A DNA stretch of 64,000 nt from Auanema rhodensis (Eukaryota; Animalia; Nematoda). Shown one piece after another: positions 25,301 to 38,600 of the stretch (position 1 is its first letter; each line of letters begins with the position of its first letter). The translations under genes and the position numbers were made by a program. Location of the stretch: the NCBI GenBank assembly GCA_964057225.1, contig OZ059899.1, positions 8,060,001-8,124,000 of the forward strand, given 5' to 3'. Below the pieces are notes generated by a model that saw only the letters and a list, made by a program, of their open reading frames with translations, was not told the DNA's origin and made no database searches.

Positions 25301-28300
25301 AGCATCAGTGCAAGATCCTCCTGGTGGAGAAGTCACAGGCTCATTAGCTAAATAACAAAAGTTTCGTTGAAGTATAGAAGAATAAATATTTCTTGTAATC
25401 GAACCACAAAAAGCAAAGAATTCTGATCTATAGGATAACATGTTAAGCTTTTAATATAATTTAATCAAAAGTTGGTTATTATTTGGTAAAAAAACAAGTT
25501 AAATGTTAAAAAGAAATAAATTAGAAAAGTTGGTATAAGGAAAAAGGGAAATGGGGAACTTACGATCACATGTTATATCTTCAGGAGAACAAGCGCACTT
25601 ATCATGCAAACAAATTAAACCTTCATTACAACGATGGACGTCAGAACATGGATGTCCGAATCGAATATGACCATCACGTGGTATACATGAATCATTAATT
25701 GGAATGTAATCATAACTACATATACAATAATCCTTAAAACATATTCCATTGTTGCCACATATGCGATTAGGAACTGAGCATGGCTGACCAGGCACAGAAA
25801 AGACTGTCATTGTTGATGTTGATGATATAATACTTTCTAATGTTGGCAATGCAGCTGGAGTTGTTAACATTGCATCAGAAAATCGCATTGATTCGGATGC
25901 TTGACTCAATGCATTCAAAAATGATGAGAGAAGTCTTGAAGCCATTACCGGATCAGCTGTTACAGTTGGGACGGAAATTGATGGTATTCTGTTCAAAACT
26001 AAATTATCAGGAAGTTGATTTGATGATGGAGTTGTCGGAATCCTCGGTAGTGATGGCAAAGTTGATGTATCCGCAGGTGGGTCTTCATGTGCAAACATGG
26101 GCAATCTGTGAAGCAATGTGGGAGAAGCAGCCATTTGACTATGCCGAACAACACATCGATCTGCATCCATACGATATCCATCACTACAGATACAGATCCC
26201 TTCATTGCATTTAGAATTCAATGGACATTGTAGGTCTTCAGAACATTGAGCATCAACGCTTAGTAGCATTATGGATAAGCATTCGGAGCTTGATCCATGA
26301 CAAACACAGAGTCTTTCATGACATCGGAAATGTAAAGGGCAATCCTCATTTTCATCACATATTGGACCGTTTGGTGTGTTTGTGACTTCTGTTAACGAAT
26401 TTGAATTTATTTTTGATAATTCATGTCTTCTAATTTCGTTGGAAACTGGAATACAACGATCATCTACTCCAAGAAGACCATCAGCACATTGACAAAATCC
26501 TTCAATGCACCTTGAGCCTGTCACGCAGATCTGTGTCATTGAGCAAGATTCATATGGTTGGCGAACCATATCAGATGGAACACATCTACCATCAACATTG
26601 AAAAAGCGTGGTTGACATTGGCAGGTTAAATCATTGGCACATTTTGAATTATCCATGCATATAGTACGTGAATCAGAGCAGTTTTCACCCGGATATGCTG
26701 AAGTCAAATGCCTATGAGGAATCATGTTTTCCGAGCCATCTTCTTTCATTGTAGCAGCAAATTCATCTTCTGGGCCATCTTGCTCAACACATCTACCGAG
26801 TAAACTTCGTTTTCCCGGTGGACATATACATGTTCGCTTTATACCAGCACAAACACTACCATCGACACAAAGCTGTCCATTTGAGCAATCATCACCTGGA
26901 TGAGCTGTATAAACGCATATTCCCAGAATATTTCGTCGCCCTCCACGACATACACATTTGTCATCTTCGCAAATTGAGCCCCCTAAACAGAGTTGGTTTT
27001 TTCCACAAGCTTCACCAATGCCAACGAGATCAATAGCTTTCGGAGCTTCGATACATTCGTCCTGAAGGTAGATTAAACCTACAGGACATTGACACAATAA
27101 CCCTAATCCAGCAGCAAGTTGTAAGCATTCAGAACCTCCAACACAGAATTCAAAGTTTTGACAATTTTCCAAAGGTTGAGCAAACTGCCTTTCTTCAGAA
27201 GCGTTCAAATGTTTTCTATCAATGGCTTCATCATCATCTTCTTTGCTCAAATAATCTGAATCGTATACTTTAATTCCATCTTGATATTTGTAGGCACAAA
27301 TTCCGTTTTGAGCAGAACATTGGTCGGGACAACGACAAAAGTCTTGTGTGCAGAAACTGTTTCCCAGACATAGCGCTTGATCGCCACAGTATTCTCCAGG
27401 CATTGCGAAACGCATCTTTGGTGGAGAAATGTTTATTGCCGAAGATGATGCCGTAGAAGAATCTCCAGAAACAATAGGAGCACCGTTTACGATTGGAAAG
27501 CTGGCAAATTGAGCAGCGAATGGGTTATCCATATTTGGAGTAAACGTTGGAGTGAATGAATTGGGTGCAAATATTGGATTAAATGAAGAAAATGGTGTAG
27601 CCGGAGTTTGTGTTGAAGGCCCAGAAGTAGTTGCCATAAACACTTGCACATTCATATTTTTTGAGTAATTGAAAGGAGGCTTTGTTAAATCAATGGGTAA
27701 TGTCGCCATGTTCGATTGTGTACCAGTCATAGGTTGAAGAACATTTGGACTTAGAAGCTGATTACTTGTTAATGATTGACTAGTATCTCCTGAATTGACT
27801 GGACCAAATATACTGTTTGTTCCTGCCATGTTTTGCATAAAGGTTTCTGTTCGAATTCGTTCTTGCATTGGCGACTGTGGCCCGTCGTTTCGTTGAGTTT
27901 CCAAATTCTGATTAGGTTGTTCATCTATTTCGTTCAATAGTAAACGTTTAGGTGGTGGCATACAAAAGTCATTAACAAGCTCATAACCACTTTTACAAAG
28001 ACAAAATCCATTATCGCAATAACTAAAGCGATGACAATTGCGAGATGTTACACATGCCTTACCAGTGGTTAGAGCTGTTTGACGACATTCTCCCCGCTCT
28101 GTGGCCATTCCTGATGGACATTCGCACACTCCACTCATCAGTCCACAATAACTGTTATAACTACATATAACGTCATTATGGCATTGATCACCTGGACGAC
28201 CAAGTCGAGGGGGTCGGCATGCTTTACCGTCACGAAGGCTTGAAGCACATTGACAAGTACCTTGCACACATACTGCATGTAGAGGACATTGGTTTGTGGA

Positions 28301-31300
28301 GATACAACTTGATCCTAAAGCAGATATCTGTTCACAGTAACCAGCAGTGGCACGATAGCCTGCATTGCAAAAACATATTCCTTGGAGACATCGGGAAGAC
28401 AGTGGGCAATCAGAATCTTTTGCACAATGCGTTCCTTCGAGTAATAGATCTTCTGAAGTACTCCTATCATTGGTGGCCACATCAGCCACTGCGCTTTTAG
28501 CGGGATTTTGCTTCAATTCAAGTTCCAATCTTTCCATTTCTGCTTCCAAGTCAATACAAATACCACCCCGACAGACACCTTCTGTGCAACTGAATATGCA
28601 TGATTCACCTAAACCAGGAATTCGAAGTGTGGTAGTGGGAGGAGTAATAGTCGTTGTCGGTTTCATTATTGGATAAACAGAACTTTTCTTGACGCATTTG
28701 TTATTTACATCAGGAACTTCATCATATCCACAGCGACATATTCCTTCTTGACAGCGAGATCCACCAATACAGTAACTTTCAGAATCACATCTTTTAGTCG
28801 GAATAACTGGATTGAGCTGACTCCGAGGAACACATAACCCATTAGAAGAATGCATCTGATGAAAGCATGTGCATGCGCCGTACGTACAAAATGATTCTCC
28901 GATACAATCATAACCTTTTTGTGGGTTACAAGCTCCTCCTACTCGAACTTGATGAATAGCTTGACGACAAGTTCCATCAACTATTGTTTCTCCATGTCGA
29001 CATCGACAAACTCCTTGTCTACATTCAGTTCGAAAAGGGCATTGAACCGTTAAAAGGCATTCCATTCCAGGGAGAAGTTCGTCACTCGAGGATGATGATT
29101 TCTTTGCTTTCTGTCCGGAAGTATGAACTTTCAAAGGAGTTTCTGTAGGATTTAGGCTAGGCGGTGTACTTGGTAATTCACAAAATCCTTGAGCATTCAA
29201 AACTCCACTCTCACAACGACATAATTCATTGATACAGATGGATCCTCCAGTGCATGTTGTTTCAGCATTACATGGTTGTCCGGGAGCTGAAATAGGCATC
29301 AGTTCCATGTCTCCTACGCATTTTTCATCAACAACTATTTCATTATCTTTACAAGGACAGATTTCTCCTGCACAAGATGAACTTCCATTACAGATTTCAA
29401 ATAACGTACAGTTGCTATTGAAAGATGAAATAGTACTTTCAGATATATATGTTGTTACAGGTAAAGTTGTTGTTACTGTTGATGGTGGCAATGATGTTGT
29501 TGTTTTCAAAGTTGTTGATGGTGTAGGAGTTGTTGTCGGTATTTTGTTAACTTTAATTGGAATTGAGTCCTTCTTTACACATCGTCCATTCACATTCACC
29601 TTCTTCGCGACACACATACAGATTCCAAACCGACATACACTACCGTGGATACATACTTCTCCTAACTGACAAGATTTTCCTGCTTCAGATGCTGCTACTA
29701 TACACATTGTTGGATCACGAGTAGATATAACATGACCATCGGGACAGTTACATCGCCCAAGTTCACAGATAGAGCCGTTAACACAAGTTTGACCATTTGA
29801 ACATCGACCACCTGGATTTTGATGGCATCTGAAAATAGTTCACTATTGGAAATAACATAACTGATATTCAACATACCGTCCCATTTTTTCCACTGAATCA
29901 TCTGTGCATATACAGACACCTCCTTTACAAACGGACCCTCCGGAACATCGATCAGTTTTTATGTTGCAAATATTATTTATGCCTTTATAAATAAGAACAT
30001 CATTTTGTGATGTTGGATGACATTGTCCATTCTATAATAATTTGATTTATAATTTATAATTGAAAATAGGCTTATGATACCTTTACTACAAAGTTTGTAT
30101 CACAGACACAACGTCCACCTACGCAGATAAATGTTTGAGGACATTGACTGTGACTTTCACACATTGAAACACTCATTAAACATCCCCCTGGCTTTTGACA
30201 ACGACAGAACCCATCAATACAGAATGCTCCATCTTCACAAACAGCTGATAGATTTTCAACATCACATGATGAATCTACTGGTAGTAGTACTGGCCTACAG
30301 AAGCCGTCTCTTGGCACCAAACCATTTATACAATGACATTTGTTGCTTATACATACTCCATGACCATCGCTACATGTTGTAGCGTCCGGCCAGCATACCA
30401 ACCCATTCGTCTGACGACGACTTCGTTTATGAAAGCTTATTGTTTGCATGTTAGTACGAGATTCTACTGAATCCAAGTTAGATATTTTCTTTTTTCCGAT
30501 GAGCATTAGTTGAGTTTGGCAGTTAGTTTCATCAGGACAAATACAGATATTATAGGAACAGATTAGAGGTGGTACACAAGCAGGAATACATAAATCAAGT
30601 TCTGAAAGAGATTAAAGAAAAGTTAAGGATAGGTTATAATAAGTGGTTAAAATAATTAACTTAAAACTGAAGTTTGAGGCGAAGCGTGCAAAGGTAAGAT
30701 GTTTTGGTTGCAGCATAACATAATATAACTCAGAATTAACTATAAAAACTGAAGTAAATTAGACTAATATGGTGATAAAGTATTTCTATCTAAATGATTG
30801 TCAGTACCTGGTATACAGGTCTGATCAACAGTCTTAGTTCCGTCTGGGCATTTGCAGACGCGATCAACACATGAAGTTCCAGCATAAGCTGCTGTGCACT
30901 GTTGGCTACTACGGCATCCAATTTGTCCAGGATAGATCACTGTAGAGATGAGGAAATAGAAAGAAAAATCAGATGAGAGTAAATTTCTGCTTTGATGATA
31001 TGGACGTCTATTGCCATCTTCATTATATGTATATGAATTGATTAATATGATGGCTACTGAACGTTTGCTAACTATATTAACTATTACATATACATATGTT
31101 AAGGTAAGAAGACGAATAATCATTATGTGCTTTGGAAGTGTTTAAAATAAATAAAACTAAGATCAAAATATAAATATTCAGTTTGAAGATTATATTATTA
31201 TGTCATATAGCTATGTTTAAAAAATAAATTCAAATGTAATGTGCTGATTTGCGTTTGCTTAATATAGCATGTTAACTATTAAGCTTATTAATTAATTAAT

Positions 31301-34300
31301 TGATTAATTATTTAACTAAAGCAACTTAAATATTATAAAATAAGCTAATTATATGATAAACTAACCTTTTTCACATCGACTTTCGATATTAACATGAGTT
31401 GAGAGACATTGACATGATGGTGGTGAAGTGTTTCCATTGCAATAAGCTCCAATCATACAATCAGTATTCAAAGAACAGCGAACACCAACTCCTGACTGCT
31501 TACTTCCACCTAAATTATTAAAACTTTAGTTTGATATTTGATATACAAATACCAAGAGAAATCTTCATATGATTAGGCTTTGAAGTTGGTTGTTGTGTTG
31601 CCACATTCTTGTAACCATATGTTGTAGATGGTTGTTGAACAATATTTTGATTAAATGTATATACTGGTGGAATTGTCTTTGTCTATAAAATAAACATATA
31701 ATTAAGTTAATTATAAATAATCATACTGTAGTTGCTGGAATATAAACTGGTGCAGCAGTTGCAACTGGCCTAGCTGTGGTTTGAATTGGAGCAAGAGTTG
31801 GTGGAACTGTACTCTCAGAATAAGTAGACTTGGTAGCTCCATTAGGCTTATAGACATGAACACATTCTCCGTTGCTTAAATCAGTATCAGATGGACAGAC
31901 ACATACAGGAATGATGCTATCGCAAATGGAACCTTTCACACAAACTTCTCCATTATCACATAATTCTCCAGGTCCTAAATAATAAATAAATATATTATTT
32001 TTCAACTTTTTATATATTATACTTACCAACTTCCTTACGTTCCTGTCTTAGAACACATTTTCCTTCATATTGCACCAATGGAGAAACACAAGCACAACGT
32101 CCCATTTGGCAAACACTACCATTATCACACTCAGCCAAATCGTTACAGATGGCTCCAATACCAACTTAAAAAATTTAAAATTTTGTTTGAAGAGAGATAC
32201 TAATGAGGCGATATTTCAAATTTGAATAATTGTTCAAGAAAATAAATAGAAAACCAGATTGATAGCGATTGAAAAAGAAGAAGCTTTAAAGATAGCATAA
32301 GCAAATGATGAAGCTGTAGTTGAACTAGCAAAAAAAAAACAAATTTGATTGTTTTGAGCAACCTTTTTGAATTTTGATAGAAGATGTTGCTGGTAAAACA
32401 CATTCTCCGTCACGTGCTTCCAAGTCTCCTGGACAGAGACATAAGCCAATCGGTAAAGTACAGATAGATCCACCCATACATACTTCCTTTGAACGACATG
32501 ACTGACCCGGTTCAGCTGAAATGCAAGCAAGCCGATAGAAGAAAAGCCCAGTTAGCATAACAGAAGTTAGATTGAAACTGAACAATATTGATGTGCAAGT
32601 GCATATGAAAGCTATGTGTTCAAGTACATTCAACTATAATCTAATAGAATGGTGGATCTAAGTTTTATTTCAACACTTTAATTATTTCCAACTTCAACCT
32701 TTCTCCCTTGAATTACAAATTCTTTTGAACAATTTTCTCTCAAACTACATATGTATATGCCTAAGAACGGAAATGATTATTAAGTTCAATTGGTGTTGCT
32801 CTTAATTCAAACACAAACGACGTGAACAAACTCAACTCTATAATCTCATTTCGTGTTTATCCACCTTTTATCTTCACAGCGAACCATTTCAAGGAGATAT
32901 TCTTGAGAAACATAAAGCTTGACACGGCTTTTCTGTTCTTTCTTTACTATTACAAATCATTCTTCGCATCTCTCTATCAAATATAAGTCTTTCTCAAGCA
33001 CACATCTGTATGTACATATATACGAAATTAAATGTTTCACAACATTACTTCATGCTCCTGAAACGTTTTCAACTTTTGATGACAAAATAGTTTGTAAAAT
33101 TAAAAATAAGTGTAACCATTATTATCCTACAATATAGTTGAAAATCAAATATTAGCTTTCTATTTTCAATAATTCTTTCAAATGAATTCTTCCGTTTTAT
33201 AACTTCCTTATAAGATTTAAAATTGATTTCTTTTCATATATAGTTATTGTTATTACAATACTACTTAAACTATTTGAAATCATGAAAAAGAGTTATTGAA
33301 TAAGTACTACATGTCTCAATTCTAGATGATAGACATACTCATTCACTTCTTGCTCTTTGTTAACTATATTCCTCTTATGAATTGACGTCATCTGAGTAAA
33401 CACATGAACATATGAGATACTCATCTGTATGATATCCGTTCAATGTCTTCTCTTCTCCCTTCCCCTTACAACCATTTACAATTTCTTCAGATGAAAGGAA
33501 AGTTTTGAAATAAAGAAATGAGATACATGCTTAGAAGAAATAGATATAAAATAAAATATTTGCTTTCCGAAATCATTAACATGCATATTTCAGAATAAAG
33601 GAAATTTAATCTACGTATTAGCTCAGTGGCGATTTGAAAAGCAGCTTACCGAGTATTGGAATTCTTTTAGTAGTAGGAGCTTGAGTAGTAACACCTCCAA
33701 AGTTTCCAAATACAAACTTGTGATTTGGCATCATTCCACCGAAGTTGTTTGATGATGTTGCTGGAGAATTAGTTTGCCATTGGCTATTACCTATAAAACA
33801 TATTTTTCTAATTTTATAAGCATTGCTTAACATTCTACCTAAGTTATTGTTGTTTGCAAAGTTGTTGCTATTATAATTATTAGGATTGAACTTATTGAAA
33901 TTAGGATTAGGAATGAAGCCAGGCTGACCATTGTTGTTATTCATATTTATTGGTTGATTGGGATTTGGTAAGAAATTTCCATTTTTATTCTAAAAAAGAA
34001 TAGTTATTGTTAATTATAATTTTCAATTATTACCACATTTTCGAATGAAAATTTAAAACGTTCTGGATTAAAAGCATTTTCATTCTTAACACATGATAAT
34101 GTTTCCAATTGTGGAATCGTTCCAAATGGACACAGACACCTAAATTTATTTTGTTTGTCTTTGATTTCTAAGTTTTTGATTTTTTCAAACCTCAATGTAT
34201 CTCGGTCACATACAGTTCCACCAATACATGTTTCACCTTTAGCACACGATGAATTGAGAATAGCTAAAGATGATATGTGGTAATAAGGACAAATCAAATA

Positions 34301-34618
34301 AGAATTAGAAAAATTCTCACGAAAAGCTTACCGATGTTCAAATTCGATTGCGGCTTACGATGTTGTTTTCGCATGGCTACAGTCTTGCATTGTTGATTTA
34401 TAAAATCAAAAATCATATTATATGGACAAAAGTTTCTTTCCCAAATTCCAATATTTCTAAAATGCATATGATAAACAGATTATTTAAATGAATATAACAT
34501 ACCCATCACCTGTAACCCGACAAGAGAGAAAAGCACTGGAATTTCCATCTGGATCTACTGCTAAGAGACCATCAAGCTCACGATTACAAGGTATATTCAT
34601 AGCCCTATCCGCGGCTGA

Positions 34619-34650
<32 letters not shown>

Positions 34651-34866
34651 TATAAGTTATTAATATATATTTTTTGTAAATTATAAGTAAAATTATCATT
34701 GTTTTCAACAAATATTTAGTATTTGGTTGTTAACGTTAGGAGAAACATTTTGATTTCTAGGCAAATAAATCGCATTTAGAGTTCACATTTATGATTTTCA
34801 ATATTCAAATTTAATAAACTAACCTAGAGAAAGGGAGAATAATGAGAAAGCGAGTAGAACCCGCAT
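16350..34866 (-). CDS. lgx-1: Large secreted EB-module / polysaccharide (chitin) deacetylase-domain protein, lgx-1/F48E3.8 type, long isoform
   Basis: ATG at 34866 gives signal peptide [15 protein letters not shown]. It is followed by a chitin-binding-type-2-like Cys domain, Asn- and Thr/Pro-rich linkers and many Cys-rich PG..C..C.GGS.C..G.C.C EB modules. The C-terminal CE4 domain ([35 protein letters not shown]) ends at TAA 16350-16352. lgx-1 over F48E3.8 is inferred from the adjacent MBOAT genes. Confidence 0.8.
20136..20632 (-). CDS. Alternative terminal exon of the lgx-1-like gene (deacetylase-less isoform ending in a small Cys module ...EEYNCCKSW*)
   Basis: TTTCCAG acceptor (AG at 20633-20634) is in phase 1 with the donor at 20897-20898; frame stays open to TAA at 20136-20138. 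Confidence 0.8.
21526..22664 (+). CDS. Nested antisense 10-exon gene, 229-aa protein of unknown function, inside intron 21435-22740 of the lgx-1-like gene
   Basis: Exons 21526-21533, 21588-21738, 21788-21880, 21928-22015, 22062-22122, 22167-22204, 22250-22334, 22409-22479, 22523-22552 and 22600-22664 total 690 nt. All nine GT-AG introns are phase-compatible and there is no internal stop. AATAAA at 22716-22721. Confidence 0.8.
34621..34646. repeat. (TA)13 microsatellite abutting the acceptor of lgx-1-like exon 2
   Basis: Perfect TA run directly next to ctgaaa (TTTCAG on the minus strand). Confidence 0.9.
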
Positions 34867-35532
34867 CTTGAAAAATTTATTCGATTTGATAACTATGTGT
34901 TTACTTGTAGTTCAGTCTGTATCTTATAACTTTCTTCAGCTGCTTATGAAGCTTCTCTTAAACCTTACTACCCCCAACCAGTGAACAGCTATCTAAAATG
35001 AAATTGGTAAAATATAATAGAATAACATGAAATTAAGCACAAGCAATATTTAAAACAATTTAATGTACAAATAGAATACGAAGAAAAAAAATGATGAAGA
35101 TATATTCATAACTTTGGATACGAAAAGACAGATGCGAGGAATGAGCAAGAAAACTTCCATATATAAAAAGAACATGAGAGACATGTTTGTGTTCAATAAA
35201 GAAAATAAGAAAGACCTGTCTTGAATTGACTTCCGAAATGAAAGAATTTCAACGCTCAAACGATTGACATTGAGCTTCAACTTGCAACAGGTCCACAAGT
35301 CACCAAATACGGTCAACGAGAAAACAATGAGTGTGTGAAAAGAGCAATAAGAGATTAATATTGGAACTGGCCAGTTAATCCGTTACGGAGCAGGTTAGAT
35401 AGATAAATCAAGTTAGTGCTATTCTTATATACTAAAAGTGTTCAAAAAGACAAAAGAAGATGGCATATATGTTACAAAAGAAAAAAATGTTTGGAGAAAA
35501 AATTACAAACATTCAAGAAAAACAAAAGGTAA

Positions 35533-35651
35533 TGCACGGAGTGGGATTTGAACCCACGCCCTCATACGAGGACCAGAACACTCAGCGGCTTGATTCTTGC
35601 CGCAAGATAATATCTTGAGTCTGGCGCCTTAGACCACTCGGCCATCCGTGC
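35533..35651 (-). tRNA. tRNA-Leu(CAA) with ~35-nt intron
   Basis: Minus strand reads GCACGGATGGCCGAGTGGTCTAAGGCGCCAGACTCAAG-[intron]-TTCTGGTCCTCGTATGAGGGCGTGGGTTCAAATCCCACTCCGTGCA. Acceptor stem, A/B boxes, long variable arm and a downstream T-run terminator are all present. Confidence 0.95.
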
Positions 35652-38600
35652 TACAACAAGCAGGATAAGGTGCTTTACCAAGTAAATGGTTTTATTACGA
35701 TTGAAATAAAAAATATTTTGGTATAGGTAAGAAAGAAGTAAATAAATAGGTAAAAAGCAATATAATGAATGGAAATGCGTTTAGTTCTGTAAATTGATCT
35801 GTGAAAATCACTAAATTCTTTTCTTTTTAGTAATGACAATGTAAATTTTCTTTGTTTTGTGCAAAAAACATGTTATGAGTGAGAGTATTAAGACTGATCT
35901 CTTCACGGGCGACCTTAAGGTGAGTTTGAGGTTCTCCAATTTCAGTCTTTCCTATCAAAAGTACATAGAAAAACGGTTGAGTGTAAATAAAAAACTCAAT
36001 GAACAGATGGAACAAACGGAGAACGTGTCGATTGAATTGAATCACATTAAAAGGCTCCCGATAATGACCACATGAGCTTAATATGAGTTATGAACTGAGA
36101 TTTGAACAGAAAAATCAATTAATTTTTGATCAGAAACTATATTTGACGAAATGAAAATATGAATCAGCAAAAATGCTTAGTAAAAGCGATTACCTTATAA
36201 ATGAAAGCTAAATTCTAAAATAGATTGAAGGATAATATTATTCTATGGAAACGAAAAATCTCAATAGAAATCGTACATCGTTTATGCTGAATGCGATGCT
36301 TAATTGGAATAAGTTGAAGGCGGTTCATAAGACTATTGGACCCGAGTATGATGATGGGTGGTCGTCCTCAATGGCTCGGTCGCGGTCTGCTCGGGTTGTC
36401 TCTGATCAAACATAGCCCAAATCACACAAGCAGCATCTTCACCTCTTTCTCTCTGAGGAATCCGCTTCCCTTCTTCCTCGCCGAGCAGTAGCTCCACACC
36501 CATAGTTGGTCAAGGAGGGTACGAGAGGTAGATGTAGAGATATAGAGAATAGGAGAGAGGTAATACAAAGTGAAGAGATGAAGATATCTGACGAGAGTAT
36601 AAGAGGTAAAGTGGACGGAAGATCATCTTCTATTACATTTGGTTACACCCTTTTTATATCCTCTCACTTCATCATAGCCTGATCTAAGAATATATACATT
36701 GTCTGGTAAGTTTTCTAGAATATTGCACACATCAGCGAATTTTCCAAAAAATTATAAAAGAAAGAAAGACAAAGAAGATGATTAAAACAACAATAAACGT
36801 TCATTGACTAAGGGAATTTAAGAAGAATGAGCTGGCTGTTTGAGATAGTCTTAGTCATCAGCATACCTCTGAAAGCACGTTTTCGAATTGAATAAAAATT
36901 CAATTCCACTGAATTGCTTTTTACGATTGAAAAGCTTAACAATGACCTTATCGAAAAGTGATCGGAAGCTTTTGGATGCGTGAAGAACTGAGCCGCTTCA
37001 CACGGTGATCCGAGAAAAAGAGATGGAATCGCGCGCAATTAATCGGATTCTAATGTTATTACCCTTGAGGAAACAAACATGACTTGTCGTTTTTCTCATC
37101 TCAATACTCGTAAAGACAATAGCCTGTTACTCATTTACCGTATTTGAGCAAAGTCGAGACGGTATTTCGATTTAAAAAGAAGAAGTCTGATTAGACTGTA
37201 AAAAAAGTTTTGATGATTATTGTCGTTGTGATGATGACGTCGTAAGTAAGTTATCTTCAAAGAACAACAACTGTGTCGATGATGAGGTTGACGACGATAA
37301 GGAAGAACGTTGAGACAATCAGGTTATCGTTCACGAGTACATGAATACGTTAGTTTAGCCTTTTTACACCCAAATGTCTAAGGACAATACACAGAATAGA
37401 GAAAAGCGGCAAAAACGAAGTAAAAGAATTTTCTTTAAGTTTGAAGAGCAATGATACTTGACGGTTTGTCATCATAAACAATGAAGTACCAAATACGGAG
37501 AAGGGATCCGTTACATTGGTTAAACATGTAAAAAGAACGTTTAACTTAAACAACCAAACTTTTCAAAGAAAAATGAATTTAAAACTTGAAATCTAATTAG
37601 TGATTTTATGAGATGTTTAGAATAATAGGTTATACGTTGAATATAAATACAAAAACATAATTCATAAAATACGGTCAATGCCAAAAAAATAATTAAATTA
37701 AAATTATAATTTTCTAAAAAAAACATGAATATGAAGGAATAAAAGAAAATAAATCTACAAACTATATACATTCAACCATTTTTTGAATGAATGAAGAGCT
37801 TGTTGTACAATGAAATTGAGATTGTTTTCACTTGAAAATGTTTTCAAGGAAATTCTGTTTTGGAATAAGTATGATGAAGAGGAGCTCATAAACGGGTTTG
37901 AAAAGGTTGTATAGTTTAGCTGGAATACGAGCATGATGTAGATTTCTCATCTACCGTTTCTATAGAGCTTGCTAACAGAGCATGAGAAAGCTGAACAAGT
38001 TCTTCTTTTATCTTCAGGTCAACAACAACTAAGAATATGTCACATATGGATGTTTAAGAAAGTTGTGTCATGGAAGAGGGAGAATGAGCTTGAAGTGCGT
38101 TGGATCATCGTTCGGAGGTAGCCAAAGATGGCTGTCAAGCGGTCACGAGTCGACTCCGCCTCAACATTTTCCCTTAAACTCACATTTCTCTCGGTCTGTC
38201 ATTATATCTTTGACTCTTACCTAGCCTTGTATGAATGTTCGACCATAACTTCAATTCGACGTCGAAAGACGTGAAAAAAAGAGAAGCAAAAATAGTGGGA
38301 GGGAATGAATGAAAGTAAGATGTTGAGATCTTAAAGAAAAATGGTGAACAGCAAAGAGTTCAGACAATCAGATTTTTTGTTGAATCACTACAAGAAACAA
38401 TTATGAAATATATAAATAGATCTATTCATTCATTTATAATATTTTATAAAATATAAAATCAATAAAATATTAATATATAAATACTTTGTTTATTTATAAA
38501 TAATTATAATTAATTCTTTAATTTTGTTTCGAAAAAAAAGGAAAATTTTATTTAAATTTCATAAAATACTTATCTGATTTATTTGTTAAACTTTTATTGA

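Noticed and set aside
25499-29707. 1402-aa ORF as a stand-alone (e.g. prion-like or viral) gene
   Set aside because: It is an internal exon bounded by in-phase splice sites of the lgx-1-like gene; the + strand ORFs over it are antisense shadows.
37903-37928. aggttgtatagtt matches the 3' 13 nt of mature let-7
   Set aside because: The seed TGAGGTAG is missing and there is no complementary star arm nearby; treated as chance.
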